From the NCBI GenBank assembly GCA_030613835.1, contig JAUWLH010000002.1:1-36522 (forward strand): DNA of 36,522 nucleotides, written 5' to 3'. How positions within the stretch are numbered: position 1 is the first letter of the stretch; each line of letters begins with the position of its first letter. The notes under the pieces were generated by a model. The model was given only the letters and a program-made list of their open reading frames with translations. It searched no databases and had not been told where the DNA came from. The position numbers and the translations under genes are program-made. Origin of the DNA: Candidatus Bathyarchaeota archaeon. Lineage in GTDB: Archaea > Thermoproteota > Bathyarchaeia > TCS64. This document shows, piece by piece, positions 8,048 to 18,012 of the stretch.

Positions 8048-9325
8048 TTAGAGTTCGGCTATCTTTGGCTCTTCTACAAACAGGAGGAATAATATCCCGA
8101 ACACGAAAAGTGCCACAGACATAATCTGCCAGGGTAGTGCGTTGTTATAGCGGTACAGGTATCCACTTAGGAGCATTCCAACTGTCTGGAGGGACTTTCC
8201 CAGTATCCCGCTGCCGTAGGCTCCTCTCATGATCCATACGCCTCCTCCTCCGATGGACGCAAGAATCCTACCCCTCTGATCCTTGGGGGTCATGTTGGCG
8301 AAGAGGCTCTGGAAGCTGGGGTTCATGAGGCTGTTAGTTAGTGTAGTGAAGACCGCGAGGATGACGACGTGTGTGTATGTTATGCATAGCAGGAAAGCGT
8401 ACACCTGTATGGCACCGATGATCATACATATCCCTGCGATATTCTTCTTGCTGAACCTGTCAACTATGCTTCCCGCGGGTATACCCAAGATTACGCTGAC
8501 AGCACCCGAAATGAGGATAACGTTTGCCCATTCAGAGACGCTGAGACCAATGATCTCCTGAGCCCTTATTATCCAGAAGCTGCTGGTCAGGGAGCCGAAT
8601 AACACCGAGAATGAAACCAAGAAGGATAGGGTGTAGAGCTTCTTTGGTATATCCTTCAGCACACTGAACACGCTTTTGTAGGACTTGACGACAAGAGCAG
8701 GGAACTTGGAGATGCTGAGGTCTATGGTCTTGGGATTGGATACCGTCTCCTTGAGGAACTTGAACCTGAAGAGTGCTATCCCAGAGGCGACAAAGAAACT
8801 CATGATGTACAGGCCCTTCATGGCGGTGATCATGCCGAACCTGTCGATGACGTAGCTACCGATGATAGGGGCAGCCATCCCGAAGGCGCTTGGTATGGCC
8901 ACAGTGGTTGCGAAGCCGATGCCCCTCTTCACAGGCGGGATGGAGTCCGCGATGAGAGCCTGTCTGGCCGGGAAGTAGAACGTAACCAGGCTCTGTATGA
9001 ACATCCCTACCGCTAGCCACTGCCACGTGTTCGTGAACCCGTTGATAAGGAACCCGATACCGTAGACGAAGGTCATGGTGGAAATGAGTTTTATCCTGCC
9101 CTGGTAGTCAGCGATGTACCCGCCTACTGGGTACAGGATGAGGCTAGCAGCGTTCCCTATGGCCATGATGATGCCGATGGTCTCATAGCTGCCACCTAGC
9201 TCAATGACGTATAGTGGAAGGAAGGGCCAGATAATGTCCACCGTGGCACGCCATATGCACTCGCATATGGTCATGACTAGGACGTTACCCTTCATGAAAC
9301 TGAATATGTCCTTGACTGTCTGCAC
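8048..9325 (-). CDS. Major facilitator superfamily transporter
   Basis: 425 aa and highly hydrophobic, with about 12 predicted TM segments and an MFS loop 2-3-like motif (GGYIADYQGR). Confidence 0.85.
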   Translation of the reverse strand: MQTVKDIFSFMKGNVLVMTICECIWRATVDIIWPFLPLYVIELGGSYETIGIIMAIGNAASLILYPVGGYIADYQGRIKLISTMTFVYGIGFLINGFTNTWQWLAVGMFIQSLVTFYFPARQALIADSIPPVKRGIGFATTVAIPSAFGMAAPIIGSYVIDRFGMITAMKGLYIMSFFVASGIALFRFKFLKETVSNPKTIDLSISKFPALVVKSYKSVFSVLKDIPKKLYTLSFLVSFSVLFGSLTSSFWIIRAQEIIGLSVSEWANVILISGAVSVILGIPAGSIVDRFSKKNIAGICMIIGAIQVYAFLLCITYTHVVILAVFTTLTNSLMNPSFQSLFANMTPKDQRGRILASIGGGGVWIMRGAYGSGILGKSLQTVGMLLSGYLYRYNNALPWQIMSVALFVFGILFLLFVEEPKIAEL

Positions 9326-9409
9326 TTTAATCCCCCGTGAATGGGCACCTAGAATGGGCTATCGGTTTTAAGTTTAACCACACCTCTTTTAATCCACTAG
9401 GAAAATACT

Positions 9410-9763
9410 GTGAATGAAATGGCGGCCAAGAAGGACAAGATCACATGGGTTACGTGCCCGGACTGCGGCAGCAAGATAGGTATAGTGATATCAGTGGGGA
9501 AGGCAGACGCCACCCAGGTTATCCACGAGCACAGAGAGGACTGGCCGCCCGCAGGAGCCCAGCCTACAGATGCAAGATCTAGACTGCAAGCCGCAGGAAT
9601 CGATATGTCCCAACTTGATATCGAGGAAGGCGACGAGGTCATATCGGTGAGCCCTAAAAAGTTCCTAGGGGACCAGTGGGGCCCCATAAACGAGGCAATG
9701 AGGACCATCGGCGGCAACTGGGTGAGGGACGGCAGGAACAGCCGCTGGGAAATCCCCAAGTAG
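9410..9763 (+). CDS. Hypothetical protein with an N-terminal CxxC...HxH putative metal site
   Basis: 117 aa (GTG at 9410, or ATG at 9419). Charged, protein-like composition, followed by a T8 terminator. The antisense 135-aa ORF is Ser/Leu-rich and judged spurious. Confidence 0.55.
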   Translation: MNEMAAKKDKITWVTCPDCGSKIGIVISVGKADATQVIHEHREDWPPAGAQPTDARSRLQAAGIDMSQLDIEEGDEVISVSPKKFLGDQWGPINEAMRTIGGNWVRDGRNSRWEIPK

Positions 9764-9790
9764 GGTAACTGTAATCTATTATTATGGGTA

Positions 9791-9798
9791 TTTTTTTT
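9791..9798 (+). terminator. Oligo-T (T8) archaeal-type terminator
   Basis: TTTTTTTT 28 nt after the stop of the 9410-9763 ORF. Confidence 0.4.
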
Positions 9799-9889
9799 GT
9801 CCAATTGCTATCCGGCTAATCCAAGATAACATTGGGCCTTAAATTCATGGAAAAAATTGTGTGATACCTAATGATATGTGGTGACAACA

Positions 9890-10093
9890 TTAACCCAGGA
9901 TATCAGCTATGATCTCCTTGACCCACCTGCCGATGCCCGAGATCTTCCCAACCCGTTCCAGGTATTCTATCCACGTTAAGCCCAAGGCGTACCTCCACTT
10001 CGGGTAACCTTCTTCTAATTTCGCGTAAGCGAGGCCGTGCTGAGTGCAGTAGACGCCTTTCTCGACCTTCCTCTTACATACTCTGCAACTCAT
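9890..10093 (-). CDS. Small (67 aa) Cys/His-containing protein translationally coupled to the topoisomerase gene
   Basis: ATG at 10093 lies 1 nt after the topoisomerase TGA (10097-10095). N-terminus MSCRVCKRKVEKGVYCTQHG gives a CxxC-x8-CxxH zinc-ribbon-like pattern. The longest ORF extends to 10120. Confidence 0.5.
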   Translation of the reverse strand: MSCRVCKRKVEKGVYCTQHGLAYAKLEEGYPKWRYALGLTWIEYLERVGKISGIGRWVKEIIADILG

Positions 10094-10094
10094 C

Positions 10095-11876
10095 TCAGTT
10101 TCTCCTAGTGAGGTTTGCACCTATCTCGACTTCCTTATCCTTGAATCGCTTCAGTATCACGTCGAGTTTTGATATAGTCTCATCTATTACCTCGTCGGCC
10201 GAGACCTTACCTGATTCAATACCGTCTAGCTGGGCTTCTAGGGTCCTCGTCAGCCGGACATCGATGATATCGGGGCTGTACTCAGCGAGTACCTCGATGA
10301 CGTTTGAGCCGAGGTCGGTTAGGGCCAGCCTCTGGCTCCTGATGTAGCCTCGTCTGTGGAGGGTGTCGATGATGTTGCTCCTTGTGACCTTGGTGCCTAC
10401 GCCCTCGTCCTCCATCTTCCGCACCAGGGATGACGCCGTGAACCGGGCCGGTGGTTTAGTGTAGTGCCTCCTCGTTGATAGCTTGGTTATGGGCAGCACC
10501 TTGCCCACTTTGACCTCGGGGAGGGGTGTGTCCTTAGATTTGAAGTAGGGCCGGTAGAACACGGTCCAGCCAGGTTCTATGGTGTGGTCCCCCTTGAGGT
10601 AGAACGTGTGTCCGTTCACATCGATATCAACGGTGCTCCTTGACCTGATGAATGGCTTGCCCAATGACACCAGGAACCTCCTTACAACCAAGTCGTAGAC
10701 GTTGAGTTCCTCAGGTTTGAGCCGCCCTGGCTTGTTCCCTGTGGGGTGGATGGCGGGGTGGGCTGGGTCATCCTTCTTTCCATGCCTGGGTTTGAACCGT
10801 TTCTGGTCAATCAATGTTGAAACATCACCCTCGTACCTCATGTTTTCTCCAAGTTTACCCAAAATCTCCCTGACATCAATGGTCGCGGGCATCCTCTGAC
10901 TGCTAGTCCTGGGGTAGCTGATGAGGGCGGAGAGGTATAACTTCTCGGCTATCTTCAGGGTCACAGCTGGGTTGTACTTAAAGACTCTGTAAGCCTCCTG
11001 CTGAAGGTTGCCTAAATTGAAGGGTGCGGGTGGCTGTGCCCTCTCTTCCTTTCCCTCAATCCCTTTGATTTTCCCTTCCTTTCCCCTGCACTCCTCGGCC
11101 ACTTTTTTCGCGTGAACCTCACGCTCCAAGCGGGGTTTTTTGTACTCCAAGGGGTAGATAATTTCATCAATTATCGTCTCGGCGGATACTTTCCAATAGG
11201 GTATCGGGACGAAGCTGTTGATCCTGGACTCAAGGTCGTACACGAACCTGAGGGTCGGGCCCTGTACTCGTCCTGTGCTCAGTGTCTTCTTGTTGTCAAT
11301 CCTCTTCTTGGCGGTGAGGGTCAGCGCCCTGCTCAGGTTTATCCCGTACAGCCAATCGGCCTCGTGCCTGACCTTTCCCGCTGCGATTACGGGGTAGTCA
11401 AGAGTTTGCCTGTTCTCCCAAGACTTGACTAGCTCGCTTTCTGTGAGGTTGTTGAAGAGCATCCTCTTTGATTTGCCCAGTGCAGTCTCGCCCAGCCCGT
11501 GTTTAATGATGTTGAACGCTATGAGGCTGCCCTCCTGATCGTAGTCACAGGCACTCACGACCTCGTCGATATCATTTGCTATGTTAATTATGGCGTCCAG
11601 ATACTGTTTCGTGTAAGATGCCAGCTTGTCAACCCTGTGGCTTGGGACCCATTTGATATCATAGATAGGGTACGTCCATCCTCCCCTCTTCTGGACAATG
11701 GTGTAGAGGTGACCCACCGCGCTTACCACGACTAGTTCCATCCCGGCCCTGTATGATACATAGAACGAGACCTTACCATACCTGCCCCTAGTGGGCTTGC
11801 TGTTCTCGTCCAAGGCCGCGGCTATCCTCTTGGCTGATGACGGTTTCTCGGTGATGACAAGTGCTCGCTTGGACAA
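10095..11876 (-). CDS. topA: Type IA DNA topoisomerase (archaeal TopA/Topo III-like)
   Basis: 593 aa with a TTG start. Toprim Glu (VITEKPS), acidic DxD-type motif (CDYDQEGS) and active-site tyrosine motif LISYPRTSS. Confidence 0.9.
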   Translation of the reverse strand: MSKRALVITEKPSSAKRIAAALDENSKPTRGRYGKVSFYVSYRAGMELVVVSAVGHLYTIVQKRGGWTYPIYDIKWVPSHRVDKLASYTKQYLDAIINIANDIDEVVSACDYDQEGSLIAFNIIKHGLGETALGKSKRMLFNNLTESELVKSWENRQTLDYPVIAAGKVRHEADWLYGINLSRALTLTAKKRIDNKKTLSTGRVQGPTLRFVYDLESRINSFVPIPYWKVSAETIIDEIIYPLEYKKPRLEREVHAKKVAEECRGKEGKIKGIEGKEERAQPPAPFNLGNLQQEAYRVFKYNPAVTLKIAEKLYLSALISYPRTSSQRMPATIDVREILGKLGENMRYEGDVSTLIDQKRFKPRHGKKDDPAHPAIHPTGNKPGRLKPEELNVYDLVVRRFLVSLGKPFIRSRSTVDIDVNGHTFYLKGDHTIEPGWTVFYRPYFKSKDTPLPEVKVGKVLPITKLSTRRHYTKPPARFTASSLVRKMEDEGVGTKVTRSNIIDTLHRRGYIRSQRLALTDLGSNVIEVLAEYSPDIIDVRLTRTLEAQLDGIESGKVSADEVIDETISKLDVILKRFKDKEVEIGANLTRRN

Positions 11877-11960
11877 CCTGATACATAGCTAGCTGATACC
11901 CCATTATCTCTTATGGTCACATCGATAGGGTTATTGGACACGTGCCCAGAATCTTCAGGG

Positions 11961-12485
11961 ATGCAGCAGCGTATAACAGCAGTTCTGACGCAGGGCAAGG
12001 TCATCGTGCCATCTCAGAGTGACGCGGACAGCCTGTACCAGGACGGTTACGGGTACCGGATGAATCACGAGCACTACATGTATCCAGCTGAGATACTTTT
12101 CACTGTGTACAGAAACAAGATCGCCGTCGTTGACGAGGATTCAAACAAGACGCTGAGCTTCACCGAGCTGCTGCACGTGTTATCAGCTGAGACTCCTAAC
12201 CTGTGGACAAACTTTATTGTTTTCAAGGACCTGCGCACACGTGGCTTCATCATCAAGATCGAGAAAGAAAGGTTTCTCATCTACGAGAGGGGGACATACA
12301 GGAAGACTCCTCCGAGCTACGTCATTCACATCTTCTCAGAGGGAAAACCCCAGAGCCTCACCGAGTTCATAGAGGAACTGAGGGCCACAGAGAAGGATGG
12401 TTATGAGATGAAGGTGGCCGTTGTTGATAGAAGAGGTGAGATAGTGTTCTACAGCGTCACCGAGACCCAGTTACTGAAGGACTGA
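11961..12485 (+). CDS. endA: tRNA-splicing endonuclease
   Basis: 174 aa from the ATG at 11961 (MQQRITAVLTQGKVIV...). The family-typical N-terminus and C-terminal catalytic domain support the internal start over 11913. The size fits a homotetrameric-type EndA. Confidence 0.85.
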   Translation: MQQRITAVLTQGKVIVPSQSDADSLYQDGYGYRMNHEHYMYPAEILFTVYRNKIAVVDEDSNKTLSFTELLHVLSAETPNLWTNFIVFKDLRTRGFIIKIEKERFLIYERGTYRKTPPSYVIHIFSEGKPQSLTEFIEELRATEKDGYEMKVAVVDRRGEIVFYSVTETQLLKD

Positions 12486-13760
12486 GACAAGCTCGTCAAG
12501 TTTGATCTTGGTCTGTTCACCTGATTTCATGTCCCTGACCGTCACGGCTTCCTCAGCTAGTTCACGTTCACCTACGACGACAACCTTCAGGATGCCCTTC
12601 TTGTCCGCGAACTCAAACTGCTTTCCGAGCTTCCTGCCCATCATGTCAACAATGGTTGGAATGTTCTCAGCGCGTAGCTTCTGGGCGATCTTGATGGCCT
12701 CTTCGATGACCTTTTTGTTCACCGGGGCCACATAGACCTTGGCTCCGAGAGCCATATCAGCAAACGCACCTTTCTTCTCAAGGATAAGAGTCACCCTGTC
12801 CACACCGAAACTGACACCAGTAGCGCATGTGGGTGATCCACCGAACAACTCGACGATCTCGTCATATCTTCCGCCTCCTGCTATGCTTCCATAGTTCTCA
12901 TAGCCCTTGGCGATGACCTCGAACACGGGTCCAGTATAGTAGTCCAAACCCCTAGCAAGGCTGAGATCGACACTGATGTACTGGGCGAACCCAAACGCCT
13001 TGGCGAACTTGTACAGCTCCTCAAGAGCCTTGCAACCTTTAACGCCGGCCTCGTAGTTCTGAAGCATTACTTTGGCCTGATCAAGTACCTCACTTGGATT
13101 CCCTTTCAATCCAAGCAAGTCCAGGAGTTTCATGCTTGTCTCTTCATTCGGAGAGATGCCCCTGAGCTCATCTATGACTCCTTCCCTGCCTATCTTACCT
13201 AGCTTGTCGACGGCTCGGAAAGCGTCAAGACTCTTTTCCTCGGGGATACCAGCTAGCTGAATGATGCTCTTGAGTATCCTTCTGTCGTTGAGGATTATTG
13301 TAAAGCCCTCAAACCCAAGCCTACTAAAGGCGTCCACAACTGCGGATAGCACCTCGGCATCGGCAATACTCCCCTCGACACCGAAGATATCAACATCAGC
13401 CTGCCAGAATTCCCTGAACCGTGTTTCGCTGGGTCTCTCATACCTCCAAGTTGGCCCGATAGTGTAACGTTTGAATGGCTTTACAAGGTTACGATGTGTT
13501 GCCACCACTCTGACGGTGCTCGCGGTATGCTCGAATCGAAGCGCAAGCTCCCTGTCGGATTTATCCTTGAAGTTATAGATCTGGTTTATTATGTCTTCCC
13601 CGCTCTTGATCATCAGCATCTCCAGGTTCTCAAACGCAGGTGTACCTAGTGGCTCGAAGCCGTATGCCTCGTAGACCTCTCGTACCTGGTCGATTACCCA
13701 GTTCTTTTTCTGCTGGTCGTCGGGGAGATAGTCCCGTGTACCGCGTGGTGGCTGGAACAT
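12471..13760 (-). CDS. hisS: Histidine--tRNA ligase
   Basis: 429 aa. N-terminal PRGTRDYLP motif and class II synthetase motifs. Confidence 0.95.
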   Translation of the reverse strand: MFQPPRGTRDYLPDDQQKKNWVIDQVREVYEAYGFEPLGTPAFENLEMLMIKSGEDIINQIYNFKDKSDRELALRFEHTASTVRVVATHRNLVKPFKRYTIGPTWRYERPSETRFREFWQADVDIFGVEGSIADAEVLSAVVDAFSRLGFEGFTIILNDRRILKSIIQLAGIPEEKSLDAFRAVDKLGKIGREGVIDELRGISPNEETSMKLLDLLGLKGNPSEVLDQAKVMLQNYEAGVKGCKALEELYKFAKAFGFAQYISVDLSLARGLDYYTGPVFEVIAKGYENYGSIAGGGRYDEIVELFGGSPTCATGVSFGVDRVTLILEKKGAFADMALGAKVYVAPVNKKVIEEAIKIAQKLRAENIPTIVDMMGRKLGKQFEFADKKGILKVVVVGERELAEEAVTVRDMKSGEQTKIKLDELVSVLQ

Positions 13761-13793
13761 GAGTCCGATATGGGCTTTCCTCTGAATAAAAGG

Positions 13794-14429
13794 TTACCCT
13801 ACGAGGCTGGTCTCTACCCGCTCCTTGCCGCGGCCAGGATTTTTTCTCTTGAGCTTTATCATACCTATTTCGGTGGTGTTCTTGACATGGGTTCCGCCGC
13901 AATGATCCTCTATAGGTCCGCACCGCCACGTCCTTATGCCGTCTTCAGCAACCTCGATGGTGATCTCATGACCTTCAGCAAGGAAGGCGTTGATATCGTC
14001 CTCGGTCCTCTTAAGCTTCTCTGGGTCAAGACGGTTATCAGCCTTGTAGTCTGAGCGGTCCTTCTTGTCATCAACGTTTGATCCGAGGCGCTTCAGTAAT
14101 CCAAAGTTCTTGTAGAAGAAATATTCCATGATATGACTTGCGCTGTGTATCTTCATGATGTGGTATCTCCGATCCCAGTCGATTGCACCATGAACGCTAT
14201 CATCAATGGAAAAATCGGGCTCCTTTGCCATAACGTGAACATGTCTTCCATCGATGAAAATGGTATCAACGACAGTCTCTCCGTTGATAACGCCCTTGTC
14301 TCCTGTCTGACCACCTGATTTGGCGTAGAAGACCGTTTGATCTAGGACAACGTTCAATCCATTAATCTCAGATACCTTGGCATCAAACTCAGCCAGGTAA
14401 TGGTCTTCATCGTACAGTCTGGTGGTCAT
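13794..14429 (-). CDS. alaX: Alanyl-tRNA editing protein AlaX (AlaX-M type)
   Basis: 211 aa with the zinc-binding HxxxH (HSASH) and CxxxH (CGGTH) motifs of the AlaRS/ThrRS second additional domain. Confidence 0.85.
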   Translation of the reverse strand: MTTRLYDEDHYLAEFDAKVSEINGLNVVLDQTVFYAKSGGQTGDKGVINGETVVDTIFIDGRHVHVMAKEPDFSIDDSVHGAIDWDRRYHIMKIHSASHIMEYFFYKNFGLLKRLGSNVDDKKDRSDYKADNRLDPEKLKRTEDDINAFLAEGHEITIEVAEDGIRTWRCGPIEDHCGGTHVKNTTEIGMIKLKRKNPGRGKERVETSLVG

Positions 14430-14467
14430 GAAATGGATAAAATAGGTTGTAGGAGAAAAATGTTGGC

Positions 14468-15874
14468 TTAGCCGAAAGCGCCTCTGAGGAACGGATATAG
14501 ATCCTCAACCTGTTCCTGCACCATCGTCTGATAGTACTGGTACAGTATACTAACGGCTAGCAATGCTCCCATTCCCGAACCGAAGACTCCGAAGAACTCG
14601 CTAAATGCTGCAAGGGCCCCGATAATCACACCACCTATAACGGTGATGGTCGGAATGTACCTGTTCAATAGTTTCTCCAACGGCTTCCTGCTACGCCTGA
14701 ACCCAGCGACCTGCATCCCTGACTGAAGTAGCTGATCAGCCATCTGGTCGGCTCCAAGTCCACCGATCTCAAGCCATGTTAAGCTGAAAATAAGACAGAA
14801 ACCAACAACAATCAGCAGGTAGATAATCGCCTTCATCGGGTCAGCCGCAACTCCTCCTAGACTTCCAGGGCTCGTAACATAGTAACTCAGACCACCGATA
14901 GGAGTGACCCCGTTGGTGGTCTCGTTGTACATTCCGAACATGTTCAGGAAGAAGCTACTGTTGTCTTGATTCCACCTGGTCCACACAAACTGTCCGATCA
15001 TCTGGAAGTTAGCGAACATGGCGTATGACAGGATAACTGGGATGTTGCTGACGTACAGTAGCTTGATTGGCATCTTGCTCCTGTAACCCCTGTAGCTGCC
15101 GTGGGTGATGGGTATCTCAACGCGCATCCCCTCGACGTAAACTACGAACGCAAACACCACAAGTGTCATAACGAACCCGAGCATGTCGGGGTATCCGGTA
15201 CGATAGAACCAGTCCAGAGCGGGAATACCTTGGAAGATTCCCTGTATCATGGCGATGATTGCTCCGAACGCCCTGCCATCGTTCATGGTTATGTGACTGA
15301 AGCTCATCCACCAGATGTTCTGGGTGATACCAGCAACGATGAAAAGACTGATTCCGCTTCCAATGCCCCATCCCTTCTGGATGAGCTCATCCATCATCAT
15401 AAGTACAAAACCCGCAGCTAGAAGCTGCACGAAGATCAATATAGACTGATACGAACTGATGTTTCCATACGTACCCCCCAAGATGTATAGTGAAGCCTGT
15501 ATGATAATCATCACGAAGCTGAACACCTTCTGCGCAGTCGTGAACAGCCCCCTATCTTCTGAGCTTGACCTGTCAAAGGAGATCAGCTCGGATCCCGATA
15601 GTAGCTGGATGATAAGACCCGCCGTGACGATGGGACCTATACCTAACTCCATTAGTTTACCACGGCTGGATGCGAAGATGATCCTCATGGCAGCAAACGG
15701 GTCGTTACCCGTACCCTGAGGAATGCCGTAAAGCGGCACCTCGCTCATGATCAGATAGACGATCAGTGCGCCGATTGTCCATAAAAGCCGTGTATTGAAA
15801 GGTACTTTCTTCTGAGGTGGAGCCACTTCAGGGATAAAAGGAGATATTGGTTTGAAAAGATCAAGGAATCGCAT
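14468..15874 (-). CDS. secY: Preprotein translocase subunit SecY
   Basis: 468 aa, 10-TM-like hydrophobic profile, at the conserved position after uL15. Confidence 0.95.
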   Translation of the reverse strand: MRFLDLFKPISPFIPEVAPPQKKVPFNTRLLWTIGALIVYLIMSEVPLYGIPQGTGNDPFAAMRIIFASSRGKLMELGIGPIVTAGLIIQLLSGSELISFDRSSSEDRGLFTTAQKVFSFVMIIIQASLYILGGTYGNISSYQSILIFVQLLAAGFVLMMMDELIQKGWGIGSGISLFIVAGITQNIWWMSFSHITMNDGRAFGAIIAMIQGIFQGIPALDWFYRTGYPDMLGFVMTLVVFAFVVYVEGMRVEIPITHGSYRGYRSKMPIKLLYVSNIPVILSYAMFANFQMIGQFVWTRWNQDNSSFFLNMFGMYNETTNGVTPIGGLSYYVTSPGSLGGVAADPMKAIIYLLIVVGFCLIFSLTWLEIGGLGADQMADQLLQSGMQVAGFRRSRKPLEKLLNRYIPTITVIGGVIIGALAAFSEFFGVFGSGMGALLAVSILYQYYQTMVQEQVEDLYPFLRGAFG

Positions 15875-15884
15875 TATAAATCCT

Positions 15885-16322
15885 CTATGGCTCTATGATG
15901 CTGCCACCGGCTTCTTCAATCTTTTCCTGCGCGGATGCCGTGATCTGTGCAACCTTGATGTTAAGAGGGACCTTGATGTTCCCCCTACCAAGTACTTTAC
16001 CGATACCCAGTGAGGTCAGATCCAGCTCATTACCACCCTTGATACCGTAATCAGACAGAACAGCCACCGCAAGATCGATGAGCTCACCAACGTTGATGGT
16101 CTTGATCTTTGGAACCTTGGCTGATGGAGGCAGGAACCCTTTTTTGAGGTAGCGATCCTTCTCATACTTTACGGTACGAATCCAGAAGTGCTTCCTTCCG
16201 CCTGCCCCGCCCTTACCGCCACGTCCACCGGACTTTCTGTGTTGGCCGACTTGACCCCAGCCCATGTAGCGTGAACCGCGCTGTTTTCGAACTTTACGTA
16301 GTTTGTGTGGCATATCTAGCAC
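15885..16322 (-). CDS. rpl15: 50S ribosomal protein uL15
   Basis: 145 aa, Gly/Lys/Arg-rich N-terminus (GGRGGKGGAGG), conserved operon position. Confidence 0.9.
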   Translation of the reverse strand: MLDMPHKLRKVRKQRGSRYMGWGQVGQHRKSGGRGGKGGAGGRKHFWIRTVKYEKDRYLKKGFLPPSAKVPKIKTINVGELIDLAVAVLSDYGIKGGNELDLTSLGIGKVLGRGNIKVPLNIKVAQITASAQEKIEEAGGSIIEP

Positions 16323-16789
16323 ATCCTCCTAGCTAACTCGTTGATGGCCTCGCCCCTGTAACCCAGCTCACCCTTACTCCTGTACGGGCGCTTTACGGAT
16401 TTCTTAAACCCCTTTCTGGGTGGGTGCATCCTGAAGAAAGGCTTTAGCCCTTCGATCTGGTGCATACCAACCTCGCAGTTGACCAGCTTGTTAGCTAGGT
16501 CCTCAATGCTCTTGTAGCCGAACCCCTTGACATGCTCCTCTGTGAGCCTCACTTCGCCAGGCAGCCGTCCACGTTTCTCAAGCATCTTGATAACGGTCTC
16601 GACATCGGGCTCGCCCCATGTGATCCAGTCCTTGGCCTTCTGAAGCATTCCCTTATAATCGTCCCTGTCATCGATGATGGAAGCATAGTTGTTCCTATCG
16701 ACCCTCAGAAACCTCATGGTGTCCCTCTCCCTCTGGGAGACGTTGATGGTGCCCCTGATCCTGATTACGAGGAGACATTTCTTATCCAT
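16316..16789 (-). CDS. rpl30: 50S ribosomal protein uL30
   Basis: 157 aa, LVIRIRG...TMRFLRV motif, conserved operon position. Confidence 0.9.
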   Translation of the reverse strand: MDKKCLLVIRIRGTINVSQRERDTMRFLRVDRNNYASIIDDRDDYKGMLQKAKDWITWGEPDVETVIKMLEKRGRLPGEVRLTEEHVKGFGYKSIEDLANKLVNCEVGMHQIEGLKPFFRMHPPRKGFKKSVKRPYRSKGELGYRGEAINELARRMC

Positions 16790-16793
16790 CGAT

Positions 16794-17429
16794 TTACACC
16801 CAGTCCTGAGGCGTCATTATCGCCTGAGTCTGTTTCAGAGCCTCGAATGTCGCAAACGCGAAGCTGTTAGTTGTAGTAGTTTTGCCCAATGATTTGCTCC
16901 AGCAGTCCTTGATCCCAGCCAGCTTCAGCACCTGCTTTGCGGTGTCACCGGCCACGAGCCCAAGTCCCTGAGGACCAGGTAGCAGTGTAACGACTACGCT
17001 ACCGGCCTTACCCTTTACCTTGAAAGGCAGAGTGTGACCTTCGCCGCAATCACACTCCCAGCTGCCGCATCCTCGGCGTATCGGATACAGACTCAGCTTT
17101 GCCAGCCTAATGCCCTTCTCGATGGCGTTCCTGACTCGCTTTGCCTTACCAAGTCCCACGCCGATCAAGCCGTGCTCGTTGCCTACTGCCACAAGGGCAG
17201 TGAACCTACTGGACTCACCTGCGTCTGTCTGTTTCTGAACAAGGTTGATGTTGATGACATCGTCCTTCAAATCTGGGACAAGAGCGTCCACTATCTGGAC
17301 TTCTTTTATCTTGTAGCCCTCCTCGAAGATCTCGAAGATGCTGGATATCTGTCCATCCAACACGAGTTTACCGAGCTCCGTCTTTGGAACCCAGCCCGCG
17401 AGGGATTCTTCCCGCCTTCTGTTACTCAT
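16794..17429 (-). CDS. rps5: 30S ribosomal protein uS5
   Basis: 211 aa, sequence and operon position. Confidence 0.9.
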   Translation of the reverse strand: MSNRRREESLAGWVPKTELGKLVLDGQISSIFEIFEEGYKIKEVQIVDALVPDLKDDVININLVQKQTDAGESSRFTALVAVGNEHGLIGVGLGKAKRVRNAIEKGIRLAKLSLYPIRRGCGSWECDCGEGHTLPFKVKGKAGSVVVTLLPGPQGLGLVAGDTAKQVLKLAGIKDCWSKSLGKTTTTNSFAFATFEALKQTQAIMTPQDWV

Positions 17430-18012
17430 CGTTGTTTTCCTCGATGTGTTTCTTGACCTCTTCGAAGTGGCTTGGAAGTGCCTCAGGTCTTAGTCCACGA
17501 CGGAGGTAGACTGAGAACCTTCTCTCGTACTCGAAGGGGTCCTCTATGTTCTTAGCGTACTCGGCTATCACCTGGCCGCTTATAGCCTCTGGTGATGGCG
17601 CGATATCGCTGTCGAATGGTATCTCGAACCCGGCATCGTTCGCTCCCTGGACCACAGCGAAGATTCTGTTACCCGAAGTAACCCTCTTCAACCCTACGTC
17701 CAGGTTCGCGTAATCGTATCCGGCCTCCTTGGCCTTCTTGCCCGCGAGGTAACCAATGAGATATGCGGCCGGGATGTTCTTGCCGCTGGCGACCCAGCCG
17801 TGCTTCGTCTTAAGCTCGTGGCTCGATGCCTTTGCGAGAACATAATCGCCCTCTATCTCGGATCTTGTTAGTTGTACCTGTATAGTCTTGTTACTGATAC
17901 GTACCACGAAGCGTGGGTGCTTTGACGTGGCTAGGACTCTCCTTGCCGCGTAGTCGGTCTTCTTCTGCCTACGCCTACGGTATGGTACCCTGTAGCTCGG
18001 TCCTTTAGCCAA
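17422..18012 (-). CDS. rpl18: 50S ribosomal protein uL18
   Basis: 196 aa, N-terminal YRVPYRRRRQKKTDY motif, operon position. Confidence 0.9.
   Translation of the reverse strand: MAKGPSYRVPYRRRRQKKTDYAARRVLATSKHPRFVVRISNKTIQVQLTRSEIEGDYVLAKASSHELKTKHGWVASGKNIPAAYLIGYLAGKKAKEAGYDYANLDVGLKRVTSGNRIFAVVQGANDAGFEIPFDSDIAPSPEAISGQVIAEYAKNIEDPFEYERRFSVYLRRGLRPEALPSHFEEVKKHIEENNDE

Noticed and set aside
9397-9804. 135-aa minus-strand ORF fully overlapping the 9410-9763 ORF
   Set aside because: Its Ser/Leu/Pro-rich composition is typical of antisense frames. The plus-strand ORF has protein-like composition and is followed by a T8 terminator.
13630-13929. 99-aa minus-strand ORF spanning the hisS start and the alaX end
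   Set aside because: It is out of frame with two well-supported genes and Arg-rich, with no plausible function.
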